From the NCBI RefSeq assembly GCF_004010195.1, contig NC_057755.1, positions 3,805,462 through 3,869,360 of the forward strand: a stretch of DNA of 63,899 bases, written 5' to 3'. The translations under genes were made by a program, and so were the position numbers. Origin of the DNA: Chiloscyllium plagiosum (taxonomy: Eukaryota). The notes below the pieces were generated by a model, which saw only the letters and a program-made list of their open reading frames with translations, was not told the origin of the DNA and searched no databases. This document shows positions 24,200 through 37,029 of this stretch, in pieces. How positions within the stretch are numbered: the first letter of the stretch is position 1; every line of letters begins with the position of its first letter.

Positions 24200-25830
24200 G
24201 TTCTGTCTGTCACATCAGGCTCATGCATGTGGCGAATGTGTTGGTGAAGACAATAGTTTGGAAGTCATTGTGAAGCAGGTGGAGAATGGTGACTGAATTC
24301 TGTAAGCGTCCATATTTTAGGAAGTTATCCCATAATCCCTCACGGTCCACAGAGTTGAAGACTTGAAGATCGAAGAAGGCCATGTAACAGAGATTACTGC
24401 TGTTCTCTGCACTCTGCTTGAATTTGTCACACTGAAAATCCTGGCCATTCAGTCTCTTGATGGGCTGAAGCTGCCTTGAGACGCGGAAGGAGATCTTCAG
24501 CCACTGGGAGGAGGGACTGAGGAGGATTTTCACAATGATCTTTCCCATAACGGACAGTGGGAAATTTCTCTATATGGTTGCAACTGTCTCCTTTCTTGAA
24601 GATGGTCAAAGTATTTGCGTCTCTGAGATTTCCGAGCTTGCTCCCCTCATTCCAGAAAAGGATCGTGAGGCGGATGCGTGTCAAGAATGTCTCTCCGCCA
24701 TATTTTAGTCCTTCACCGGGGATTCGATCTGTGCTGGTAGCCTTGTTGCTGTTCTGTTGTTGGAAGTGCTTTTGCTCTCAGGGTGGGTTGGAGATTTGCT
24801 GAGATAGCAGTGGGTACAGTGTGTCAGGAACACTTGTGCTGAAGGCTGTGAATTGGTGGAGGAGACGCTCAAAATGATCTCCCAAGTGAGTGCTGACTGA
24901 CTCTTGGTCTTTGATGAGGGACTGTCTGTGTTTGGCCCTCATTTGGTTCGCTCCCTTGGAACTCGGGCTGTAGATGCCTTTGATTGAGCTAAAAAAACTG
25001 CACACATTGTTGCTGTCAGTGAGTCACGGACTCTCCTCCTGTCTCTCTCCACCCACCTGCTATTCTTTCGGTCACGGCTTCTTTGTTTCTCCTCGGCCTT
25101 CAGTTGCATCTCCGCTTGTTTCCTTTAGCTGGAGTTATGATGGAGCTGCATGTTCAGGACGACCTCACTTTTGCAGTCTTGGAAATCTCGGTCTCCACAC
25201 AGTTGCGTCCTGGGAGTGGTTTAGGGTGTATCAGATGTTGTGGGCACTCTGTGACTCAGGTATCTTAGTCATCATCAGATCGGCTTTGAGGCCCTGCCTG
25301 AGAAACACTTCCTTCAGCGGGATATAGGTAGTTTGAAGCTCGTGTGGAATGAGTCTTCTGTCTCCTTCATTACGTCTAGATTCAGGGCAGAGGCACTGAC
25401 GGCTGTGAAGTACTCCTTCTAGCCCAGGGTGTGTCAGATGGTCATGAGGAGCTCATTTACCCTACAGGGGTATTTGTTGGAATGTCTGACTAGTTTGTTT
25501 GTTATGGTGAAGCTGATCCCATGGAGACAGTGTTCTGTGTTTGCTTTTCCTGAAGAAAGTGTAACCGCCACATAGTTCTTTAAGTTTCCTTTCTCTTGCC
25601 AGTCATATCCCACTCACAGCGATGATGTCAGTGTTGTTCTGCTGGGCAAAGGCTGCAGTGTATCATTCATGACAATTGATGTTGGTATTATCCAGCAGGT
25701 TCCTGATGTTCCAGTTCCCAGATTCATTTGGGGGTGGAGCAGGGTTAGGATGGACGCGGCCTGTTTGTGGATCCCTTTAATGTGGAGTGGTCACTGCAGA
25801 CCAACCACCACATGGTCCCAATGGAATGAG
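24200..25830 (-). mobile_element. RTE-clade LINE, 5' part (endonuclease to early RT)
   Basis: Endonuclease start relic (W N I R N L L D N) at ~25690-25730; GNLRDANTLTIFKKGD; LLPVAEDLLP; LCYMAFFDLQVFNSVDREGLW. Confidence 0.8.
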
Positions 25831-26739
25831 GTCTGGAGCCAATGACAGGGAAATTCCAAGAGAACTGAAGACCAGGCTCTGCTTTAGGACACTGTTGGAT
25901 TTCTTTGAACAGGGACGAAATAGAGTGCTTCTGTTATCTGAAGCCTATTTGGGGGAACAAGCAACTTAAGATGAAGCTGACCAGCTAATTTTTTCCTTTG
26001 GTCGAAATGCTGTCTTCTGAGTTCAAAGAGTCTTTAATTGTCTTGATCAAGGAATGTTTGATAAATCTTCTCAACACTCCAATTTCTGTGCATGTTGATT
26101 CTGCCATGACCATGCAAGTATCTCTGTGTGCCATGGACATTGTCTATAAGGTACAAAACACAAAATTCGAGTTGACATCAACAGTCCATGTGTGTTTTTT
26201 TTTATTTTTCACTGCAAGCAAAAAGAAATCCATTGAACAATATTGCTGTTTTTATTTCAGAAAGATACCAAGTGCTGAATTTTGTTATTGTGTGTATGTG
26301 TCTGTGATCATGTAAGGAGATGATTGCTCATGCTTCTTTATTACTGAGGTTTTTGTTAATCAAGAATTACATCTTCATTAAATAAATTGTGCTTTGATTA
26401 CAAATTACTTGCGTTTGTTAAAACAAATCTGGTTTATATATCTTTCTTAATTCACCAAATGTACAGTTTCCCAGTTTTGCACACCTGCCATGGCCCTTAT
26501 CTAATGAACCTCCCTTGTGCTTCTTCACCACCCTGAACTACATACATCTACAGTTTCTCCATTACACACCCAACCAATATCAAAGTCACTGAATAGCCAT
26601 ACATGCTTCTCCCCGTTGGAGAGTTCCAGTAGACGAGAGGAGCACAAATACATAAAAGAAGCTGCCCAGAATATTGCTCTAAAGCAAAGTGAGAACCTGC
26701 AGGAGATGTCACATTGCACATTGAACAGAACAGATATAC

Positions 26740-28250
26740 AGAATTAATGTTTGTGGTTGTGGTGGCAATCAAGGAACTGCTTTGTTCTGGAGAATGTCTG
26801 TCCTCTTGAGTGTTGTTGGAGGTGCACTCATCCAAGTAAATGGAGAGTGATCCATCATGCTCCCACCTTGTAGATGATGGCCAGGCTCTGGCAGAGAGGG
26901 GTGTCAGGAGGTGAGTTACTCTCTGCAGGATTCCGAGCATCTGAACCACTCTTGGAGCAACATTATTTGTATTACTGCACCTTTCCCGTTTCTAGTCAAT
27001 GGTAACTGTCAGGTTGTTGATAAAAAGGGATTTAAATAGCGACAATGCTATTGAAAAACTGTGATCCAGAGATAGATTCTCTCCTGACTGTACTCGTGTG
27101 GTGTAAATTTGCCATTTATCAGCCCAAGCTTGCATATGGTCCTGGTCTTGCACCATTTGGTCATGGACTGTGTCAGGAATTGAAGAGTCCTTGAATGTGG
27201 ACTCGCAGGTAAACAGGAAAGTGAAGAAGGCGTTTGGTATGTTTTCCTTTATTGGTGGAAGCATTGAATATGGGGGTTGGGAGGTCATGTTGAGCTGTAT
27301 ATGACATTGGTAGGCTACTTTTGGAATATTGCGTGCAATTCTGGCCTCCTTCCTATCGGAAACATGTTGAGAAACTTGAAAGGGTTCAGAAAAAAGTATA
27401 CAAGGAGTTTGCCAGGGTTGGAGAATTTGAGGAAAAGGGAGAGTCTGAACAGGATGGGGCTGCTTTCGTTGGAGCGTCAGAAACTGACGGATGACATTAC
27501 AGAAGTTTGTAAAATCATGAGGGGCTTGGGTAGGCTAAACAGATAGGGTCTTTTCCTTGGAGTGAGGGAGTGCAGAACTAGAGGGTACAGGGTTAGGATG
27601 AGAGGGGACAGGTATAAAAGGGACCTAAGGAGCAAATATTTCATGAAAAGGGTGGTGCATCTATGGAATGAGCTGCCACAGGATGTGGTGGAGACTATTA
27701 AAGCGTTTAAAAGACAGCTGAATGGGTATATGAATAGGATGGGTTGAGAAGGGCATGGGCCAAGTGCTGGCAAATGGAACTAGATTATCTTAATTTATCT
27801 GGTCGGCATGGACGAGTTGCAAGAAAGTATATGTTTCCGTGCTGTACTTCTCGATACTCTATTTCACACAATTGTGCTGTATGTTTTACAATCATTAGTG
27901 AGTGTCCTACTTGATGCAACAAAGGTGATTCATGAAGCAACTGAAGATGGTTGGGCCAATGACACTGCACTGATGAAGTCTATGACTCCTTGATGCCAGA
28001 TTCAGTCAAATGTGAACTTTGTGTCAAGGTCTGTCACTTTCACCTCACCTCTGAATGCCTGTCTTTTTCTATGCCGGAACCAAATGTTTTTATGAGGTTA
28101 GGAGGCAACTGGCCCTAGCTAAGACCATACTAACCGACTTTCAACATGTCCTAACTTTGCAATTATCGCTAAAGAGCGATCCTTATCATCACTTTGGTAA
28201 TCGTGGAGAGTAGACAAATAAGGTGGCAAATTGTTAGGTTGAGGATTTCC
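26740..28250 (-). mobile_element. Old CR1/L2-superfamily LINE fragments with a nested CR1
   Basis: LDECTSNNTQE and MQAWADKWQ motifs; same family as 22450-24170. Confidence 0.55.
27185..27860 (+). mobile_element. CR1 LINE 3' fragment (nested)
   Basis: VKKAFGM.., RTRGYRVRMRGDRYKRDLRSKYFMKRVVHLWNELP. Confidence 0.88.
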
Positions 28251-28257
28251 TGCTAAT

Positions 28258-29600
28258 GTAGAGTCATAGAGATGTCCAGCACAGAAGCTGCCCTTGCAGT
28301 CCAAGTTGTCCATGCTGTCCAGATATCCAAACCTAATCTAGTCGCATTTTCCAGCGCTTGTCCAGCATATACCTCTAAATCCTTCCTATTTATATATGCA
28401 TTCAGATGCCTTTTGAATACTGGAAGTGTACCAGCCTCCACCGTTTGTTTGGAAGCTTATTCCATACACACATCACACTCTGCATAAAAAGGTTGCCTCT
28501 TTTAGTGCCTTTTTATTCTTTCCCTGCTCACCTTAAATCTGTGCCCTCTCGTTCTGGACTCCCCCTCCCAGGAAAAGACTATGTCTATTTACCATAACCA
28601 CGCCCCTCCTGATTTTATAAACCTCTATCAAGGCACCCCGAAGCATCCGATGTTCCAGGAAAACATCCCCAGCCTGTTCAGCCTCTCCCAATCACTCAAA
28701 TCCTCCTACCCTGGCAAGATCCATCTAAATCCTTTCTGACCACTTTCAAGTTTTACAACAACCTTCCGATAGGAAGGGGACAAGAATTGTATGCCAAAAA
28801 TGGCTAAACCAATGCCCCGTACAGCTGTAGCATGACTTTGCAACTTTTATACACAATGCTCCGACCAATAAAGGAAAGCATACCAAATGCATTCTTTACT
28901 ATCCTATCCAATTGTGAGTCTAATTTCAAGGAACGATGAACCTGCACTCCAAGGTCTCTTTGTTCGCCAACACGCCATAAGACCTAAGCATTAAGTGTAT
29001 AAGTTCGGCTATGATTTGTTTTTCCAAAGTCCAGCACCCCATATCTATCTACGTTAAACTCAATCTGCCACTCCTCAGCCCATTGTCCCGTGCATTCAAG
29101 ATCACATTGTACACTGATGTAATCAACTTCGCTGTCCACTCCATCTCCAATTTTAGTGTCATCTGCAAATTTACTAACTACACCCACTATGTTCACATCC
29201 ATATCATTTATATCAATGATGAAAAGTAGTGAAATGATCTTTGTGGCACCCCACTGGTCACAGACACCTAGTCTGAAAAGCAGCCCTTTTCCACCTCCCT
29301 CTGTCTTCCGCCTTCAAGCCAGCTCTGTATCCAAATGGTTTGTTCTGCCTGTATTCTATGTGATCCAACCTGGCTAACCATTCTACCATGGGGAACCTTG
29401 TAAAATGTTTTACTGAAGTCCTTATAGATCACACCTGCTGCTTTGCCCTCATCAATCCACTTTGTGATTTCTTCAGAAAACTCAATCAAGTATGTGAAAC
29501 ATGATTTCCTATGCAAAAAGCCATGCTAACTACCCCTATCCGGTTTTTGCCTTTCCAAATACATGTAAATACTATCCCTCAGGATTCCCTACAACTCGCC
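28258..29600 (-). mobile_element. CR1 LINE fragment
   Basis: SKFADDTKIG, WAEEWQIEFN, DFSKTFYKVPHGR. Confidence 0.9.
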
Positions 29601-30104
29601 AATCTTGGGAAATATTCTCCATTGTCAGATAAAAAAAAACACAGTGCTTTAGCTGTCCTGGAATAGCTTGGTTCGAGCCGTATTGTGGAATAGAAATGTT
29701 TCCCGGGCAATATATATCATTGACTCCTGCCCCTATAAAGTTTCACTGCATGAAATGAAACATGGGCCAGGCACCTCCTATCGATTCCAAATGACCACAA
29801 CATGCCTCCCTGATGACACATCTTGAAGTGGAACCAATTCGAGGAAGCACTGTGGGAGAAACGGCAAAGAGAGCGCATAGGAATCTCTCTTTCTATCTCT
29901 CACACGATCTCTCACTCTCAGAAGTCCTCATGACTGTTCTGTTGAGAAAACTTCAGGAACACTGTGTAACACTTCCATCGTCAGACTACCTGCAAACAGT
30001 TCCTGACTGTATCCTCCGAAAGTCTGCTATGATTGTCTTCACTGCCTCACGGTTCAATTTGCATGTCATCTGCAAAATTGGAAATTATGTCCAAAGCACC
30101 CACG

Positions 30105-30340
30105 TGTCGTGGTTATAGTGAGTTCAAGCAGGTGGACCGTATAGAATATGCGTCCCCTGATTGGGGTTGTTAATGTGGTACAAACAGGTAACCCTAGGTA
30201 ACAGTTAAAAGAAAATGAGTGTCAGATGTCCTGACGCTCTGCGAGCTGTCTCTGAGGGCATTGGAGCAGTGTCAACTACTTGCTCCGTGTGAATAAAAGG
30301 TGGCGTAATGATGGGATATCACCAAGACCTGTAATGTTCT
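30105..30340 (+). repeat. Probable short solo LTR
   Basis: TG start, ATTGG box and AATAAA at ~30292; resembles a common shark Gypsy-type LTR from memory. The 3' end is unclear. Confidence 0.4.
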
Positions 30341-30844
30341 GAATATAAGCTGCCATCTGTAAGTCTCAGCTGCCAGAAGCACACGTTGGGATATTGTGTC
30401 TGTGATGATTGTAAATTCCAGTCTGTTATTTTAAAGGATCGATCCTGCGATGCCAGTGCTCCTGACCTTAACCTTGAAGCCTGATTTATCACAGAGCTCC
30501 GCAGGAATAAGGGAAGGAATATGACAGACCTTTCAAATATAGAGAAAGTCTAAAATGAAGACGCTGAACCTTTCTTATATAATGTTCATAATTCTCAAGA
30601 ATCAGCAGAAGCATTGTTCTCCAGTGTCTGTTCAGATCAGTTTTTCCCATCAAAATGTTGAACTTAGAATGGTTTGAACCATATAATCTAGACTGCTCCC
30701 ATTTCCTGTACTTTTTAAAAATTTCTTGTATCTCAATCTTCATGAAATCTCAACTGAAATATGGTCTGGTGAATATTTCCAGGATTTTAACAGAGGGACA
30801 CAGAAGGAATCATCCAAGTTCCAGTTAGCTGTTCAATGATAGGT

Positions 30845-30908
30845 GGGGGTGGTGGGGGAGGGGGGAGAGAGAGAGAGAGGGTGAGGGAGAGAGAGAGTGA
30901 GAGAGAGA
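30845..30908. repeat. G/GA-rich simple repeat
   Basis: Directly visible. Confidence 0.85.
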
Positions 30909-31299
30909 CGGCATTGGCAACTTGAACCTAAAGATCACCTTGCTTCTCTACATCTCACAATCAGTCGTACAACCAATTGTGTTAACAGATTCTGACTTAT
31001 GACATTATGATTGAGGGAGTGGCAGTTATTCAGTCACTAAACACAATTAGGCCTCAGACACAGTCTTGAGGAACGCCGGCAGTGAAGTCCTGGAGTTTAA
31101 ATGGGTTATTATGGGTTTTGAGAAACAAATTGTCAGTGAAGGATAGCACCCCACCTTTCCTCTTTTACTGCATGATCTATCAGAAAGGGGATGCCCACAG
31201 TACAAATGAAATTAAACTGGCACACAACACCTATCGAGGATAAAGACCATTTAGATTTGTTCTGCAAATGATCTAGTCAATCATTTTGATGCAGTTGAC

Positions 31300-31640
31300 C
31301 ACTGCATTAGTCATTCTTGGTAACATTCAGTCTCTCGGCACACAAGGACTTCTTCCTGGCAGAGATGGTACATGGTCTCTGGTTGCTCAGGGTCGCACAG
31401 GTAAACTGTCCCTTCTCGTGCTCCAAATCTGGCAATGGCATGTCCACACAGCAGGGCAAGTTCGATCTTTATTATCTCTCCCCTTCCACCCCCCCTTGCA
31501 AGTGGCTTGTCTGATGAGCTTGCAATGAGGGAGATGAACTCAGGCAGAACGTTCGGCGACCTAGGCAACAGTTGGGGTGGTGAGGAGGACCTGGAAGGTA
31601 CTTCCCATCAGGGTATGAGGCCGTGGAGTGTCCATTGTAA
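31300..31640 (-). mobile_element. Possible L1/Tx1-type LINE C-terminal (zinc-finger) relic
   Basis: LLCGHAIARF..YLCDPEQPETMYHLCQE resembles the C..ET..HL..C motif. Confidence 0.3.
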
Positions 31641-34600
31641 TAAAGTATAAACCATTCCCTCCTTGTATGTATGTGTATACAATATACACATTCTCAATTA
31701 ATTTATGCAGCAGCAAAGAAGTAACACAAACTAATGTCGTAGGAGTCACCTATATTCTGGTTTGAATATCGCGGGAGTCCCCTATTTGAGGCTATAATGT
31801 GTCCCCTTCAGCAGGCTAGAAGTCCTAAGGGCAATCTTGAAATAAATAATTCTCAAGTTAATCAAACTCATGTAGCCCACTTGAGTAAGTATATAGCCCA
31901 CACTGGCAAAAAGTTCATTCATTTTAAACTTTGCACCAGAGATTCCCTTCCTACCCTTTATTTTCTTACTTCATTTGGAGGCATGGGCGAATTAAACAAT
32001 CCTATTTTTATAAAGCCAGCTTTGCTAAGAGGTAATAGTCTTCGAAGGTTTGCTGCGAAAAACATCAATATTACCTAAGATTTCGATTAGTTCCGCAATA
32101 TATTGTATTCTCTTTATTTATCATACGTCAACTTCGTGCCCAATCGAATGGCCCAACCTACAGCTATAGTTAACAATATTTAGAATTAAGTGTAGCAACC
32201 AGATGGTAATTTTGAGCAGAAAAGTTGGCGATGAGTAGCTAGTGAGCAATGCTGTCCCCAAATTATAGTAACATGACACAAAGCTTTCAAACCACACTGA
32301 CATTTTCTAATATTGAGCTAACCTTGAAATTGGACATTGGTGCAGTCTTAAAATTATAAACCATCACTGTTCAGTATCAAACGTCTAATTGAAGATAATT
32401 GCTCAGCTAGAAACTCCTCCTTACATCTAACAGCCCCGTCTGAAGATAAATCAAATCAACCAGTGTGCATTCATATAAGTTGCATCCACTAAGAAAAGAC
32501 AGTTAGGCTTAGGGTCTATGTATGAACTCAAATCACTTGATAATTCAGTCAGTAGTATACTTTAATATAATATGAAGTGCCTGTGTCATTTCAGAAATGG
32601 TCATTTGCAAATTACTTCCAAATTTCTAAACAATATGGAAAACGATCCAACACTAAACCTGCTTACAGTGAGTAAGCAATAGATAAATCAACGTTTACAT
32701 TGTGAAACGACACTGAGCAAACAGTCTCATTCCCCGGTGATTTCTGTACCTTACCCAGAGCTGGCATACCCGTCCTTATTCTGTGTCTAACCGGGTTTTG
32801 CTGGGGACCAAATGGGATCAGGAGTTTGGGGTGAAAACCGGCCAACTTGGCAGCTGCATATACTTACCCACTACTTTAGAAACAGTATCAGTTTTATTAG
32901 CATGAGCTAAACATCCCGAAAAGCGTCAGATTGATTGGACAAAATAGCATTACTATAACACTGCCCCCTTGGGCGGTTACAAATCTTCAATGTTCCCACA
33001 AAGCTCCAACATCGTGAATCATTTTAAAAGCACAATGAAGAGTCAGTGTATATTTAAAGATATTCCTTTTGATAGAATGAAAGCATGTCGATTCCCAACA
33101 TCAGTTCGGGGCTAACATTAAAAACTTATTACACATCGGCCACATTTCAACAGTTAAAGCAAGGGCCAGGCCCATGTTCCTGGGAGATTTTGCTTTCTTG
33201 TTCCTAGTCTCAAAGGTAAAGTTCTGTGAACTGCCTGTCCCCATTTTCGGGAAACGGTTGTCCAGCAGTGGTCGTCGGGTAGGTACATGAGGTAGGTTCC
33301 GCCTCCAGTGGCTACCCTGGTTCCAATCAACCATATCAGAACTGGCATATGGCTTTTTGTATCCTGAGGGCGCTGGATATAATTTGGTTTACCTGTAACT
33401 TGTATCATGGTTCAATCCCCCAATCACATGCAGAATGTCTTCAACTGGACAGTAAGGTATCTTTCCATTGTTTAATTAACAATAAATTAATGCAGCCATG
33501 TTTTAAGTTAGCCATGAGGCAATAAGACAGGTAACTGACAATGTGCAATGGAATTAAAACAAGCGACCCTGCCAATGAATTTTAATTGGAGAAAATACAT
33601 CTGATTATTGTAAATATTATAAAGTATTATAATAAAGTCATGAATAAATGAATCACCATCAGTAAATCAATGTGGGAACCTAACTAAAACATTTTTAAAA
33701 ACTGTTTCATCCTTGTTATTTCATCATTCTCTTCCCTTCTGTAGTTGATCTCCTCGCCTCTATTTCAATTTTAACCTTATTTAAACAATTTCACAATTTA
33801 TGTTTGTCTAACTTTAAAGCCTGTTGCTAACTATGCATTTTGGAATCTTGATTGTCATAATCTGAAAGATTCTCTCCGTTCTTGAATTTTCAGCGAATCA
33901 AAAACTGCAAGAGGAGAATAACTAAATAGGTGATTGGTCTCTTTGAATCGTCCTGGTCACTCTATCACATGGCTGTGACATTGTGGAGCCTGCTAACTCC
34001 ATGGCAATGGGGCAGTGATGCTACAAAAGAAATAGCGATTGATTTACCACCTATTCCTTGATGAGTTTGGCTGTCCCTATTGTCCAACGGGTGGAATTCT
34101 GGGTGACAGCGGTGACTGCTTAAGTCAGGAAGCAGTCCTTTTTCATTTGTTTGGGACAGCTAATGATGTGGATATAATTCAGTGTGGATATTGAGTAGCG
34201 TGTTACCAAGCACACTTTGCCCATTATTGAGTGGGGATCCATCTGAAGAAGAGTCTGGAAAACAACTTTTCATTTACTTTTTGTGGACTTTGGAGGATCA
34301 AGAGTGGTTAGTTTTCTTTTCTTGTTTTGAGAACTTATCTCCTCTGTGGTAATATACCTCTGGTCATTATTTTTACAATATATATCTGAGTAACATGCAG
34401 CATGTTATTTTCTTTCAGTCATCAATATAAGTTGTAAATTCATTTGTTCAGCATTTAATATTTAAAACGTAAAATGTACACAGTTCCCAACATTGAAATC
34501 CACTATAATTACCCAAAACATCCAAGATTGGTCCTGACCAGTCATTGCACATTTACAATGCTAAAGGTCGTGAAATAACTGAAGCTGCCTCACAAGGTTT

Positions 34601-34951
34601 TGTCTATTCAAATGAAAAAGCAAACTTCTAATGCATGAATAATGGCTGAATCCACAGAAACAGATATTTGCCATCGGGTTCTAATTTTGTTAGATGATTT
34701 ATTACAATCTAATATTGAACTGAAACTTCAATAGTCATTGAGGGAGGGGACTCCCTCAATAAGACTGCAACTGTCCTTACCAATGATCACCAATAAAACA
34801 TAGTAGACTTAAGTGGAAACAAGCGAGTCTGAAACAAAAAAAGGTTATAATGTTGTCTTGCTGTTTATTAAACTGATTTGAAATCGAATAAGGTTGACTT
34901 TCTCGTATGGATAAAAGGTATTAGTTAGAAACTGACAGTAGGGCAGTCATG

Positions 34952-35372
34952 GTGAAAACAAGTTTTGCAGATTCTGGAAACCAGAGTCGAGATTAAAGCA
35001 CAGCAGGTCAGGCAGCAACCAAGGAGCAGGAAAATCATTGTTTCAGGCAAAAGCCCTTCCTCAGGAATCGACGCAGGGTGCCTGCAGGGTGGAGAGATAA
35101 ATGAGAGGGGGGTGGGTGTGGGGAGCGAGTAGCATAGAGGATTTTAGGAGAATGGGGTGGGGATGGAAGCTGGTGAATGGGGATGGAGATGAGCAGAATG
35201 GAGGGTGGAAAAAGGTAGCAAAGAGTATAATGGGTGAATGGGGGTGGGGATGAAGGTGATAGGTCAGAGAGGAGGGTGGAGTTGATAGGTGGAATGGAAG
35301 ATCGGCAGGTACGATAGGTCATGAGAGCGGTGCTAAGATGGAAGCTATAGCTGGGGTGACGTGCAGCAAGGA
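34952..35372 (-). mobile_element. Penelope-like element 3' fragment with an 8-bp target-site duplication
   Basis: Homologous to 48165-48430; flanked by CAGTCATG at 34944-34951 and 35373-35380. Confidence 0.8.
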
Positions 35373-36246
35373 CAGTCATGACCTATAAACTGAAGAGGAG
35401 ATGATATTTTATTTCATAATCACTGAAGGATCCTTAACATTAAAATAAATCATGCTAAATTTTCAAAATGCAAATCAGATTCAAAACAGTCATGGATCTC
35501 GAGCTTTTTCACATAATGTCATTAATGTTGAGGATGGATCATCTGTTCTGTCTATGCAATTACCCATTTTAAAATTACTTCAGTTTTATAGCAACTGATT
35601 AAAGAATAACTCACCAATCAGAATTCCACAAACGTTAATTTATTTCACAAACTCTTTTTAAAAACCAAATTAACCTTTATTTATAAAATACCGCAATATT
35701 TCCTTTTATTAATCAACTTAAGTTGATTTTTTTAAGGTATTATTATTAGTTATTAACTTATTATTAAGTTCCAGGCCTCCTTTCTATCGATTATAAGCAG
35801 ATAAATCTTAGTCAATATACTTTAAATTAACATCAACCACCTGTGTTAAATATCGGGGTCAACTGCTCGCTGTGTGTGTGTGTGTGTCCCTCCCTCAGTA
35901 ACAGCAGTGTGTACCATCCCCACCCCCCCCCCCCCCCCCCCCAGACACGACCCCCATAATCCCCCTGAACCAACCCTTGCTAACAGCGATACTTTTGAGC
36001 TGGAATGGAACATAAACAGCGAGGGTTCAAGTCAGACACTCCTTGAATGAGAGGAAAACCAAACGCTTTTAAAATGTTCACATCTGGCCGGCCGAATTCC
36101 TCAACACTCATTAGTGAAAGACATTTAACTCTTCCACCGCTGTTAACGACCTGTCCGAGCTGAAATGAAACATGGCCCCAAAATGAAGATCCAGACACCT
36201 CAAGAGAGGACTCTTATTTCGTATTCTGTTAAAAAATTCAACGGAA

Positions 36247-36540
36247 TGCGGTCTGGAAAAAAGCAAGCGTCATTAGTTTATTGAATTAAGGCACCTTGAT
36301 GCAATTCTGTTCAGCAACACAAAAGGCTAAAGCATTCGTGTTCTGTGGTGATGTTGTGCAATTACATTGGAAAATTAGAGATTATTTGTATTTTGCGGTC
36401 TGGAAAAAAGCAAGCGTCATTAGTTTATTGAATTAAGGCACCTTGATGCAATTCTGTTCAGCAACACAAAGGCTAAAGCTTTCGTGTTCTGTGGTGTTGT
36501 TGTGCAATTACATTGGAAAATTAGAGATTATTTGTATTTT
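36247..36540. repeat. Tandem duplication, 2 x ~147 bp
   Basis: TGCGGTCTGGAAAAAAGC starts at 36247 and 36394; 3 differences seen. Confidence 0.95.
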
Positions 36541-36556
36541 TAAGATATAGTGCAAC

Positions 36557-36745
36557 CTTAATTACAAGAAAAGACCAATCACATTTAATAAGATGACATG
36601 ATTTCCAGTAAATCAACCCAATGATATTTCCTGGGAAATGGTTCTTAATTAGAAGAAAAGTCCAATCAACTGTAATAAGGTGACATGATTGACAACAGGC
36701 TAATCCAACGATATTCCCTGGGGAAGGGGTCTTAATTTATGTAAA
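36557..36745. repeat. Diverged tandem repeat, ~87-bp unit, 2+ copies
   Basis: CTTAATTA.AAGAAAAG.CCAATCA...TGACATGATT...GATATT.CCTGGG occurs twice, with a third CTTAATT start. Confidence 0.8.
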
Positions 36746-37029
36746 TATCCACGTCATAGTAGCGGTTCAATGTTAGTTCGAATACACATCACTGTCTTAT
36801 GAGAAATCCATTGTTCTCTTTTATCTCAGAATACAACCAAATTAGCAAAGCATCAGTTCAGATTCACAGAGTCAAATTATTGCTTGCAGCCATTTTGTTG
36901 TGTTATTTTAAATTGAAAAATCATTTTGTTTTGAATAAAAATCTGCAGATACTTGTTGCTTCTGACAACAGCCTAAATTCAAGTTTTAGATCCTCTGGAG
37001 GGGTATTAAAGTGGCAGGCAACTGGAATC

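Larger units (their letters stand above)
31650..36950 (-). mobile_element. Unclassified decayed LTR/ERV-like element containing the homologue of the provirus internal module
   Basis: 33445-35505 aligns in reverse to 1483-2805. It has an MGNC.. short start at 35567, a GIGG motif at ~34050, an LTR-like region at 36227-36950 and a PPT-like AAGGAGGGAA at ~31655-31664. Outer limits are uncertain. Confidence 0.55.

Noticed and set aside
25990..26060. PLVEMLSSEFKESL resembling a GPCR TM7/helix 8
   Set aside because: Too short, and no upstream TM segments are recognisable.
26348..26390. RSS nonamer-like GGTTTTTGT
   Set aside because: No heptamer at 12- or 23-bp spacing and no V/J segments; not an antigen-receptor locus.
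35921..35942. Long poly-C/G run (G-quadruplex potential)
   Set aside because: A homopolymer of unreliable length with no functional evidence.
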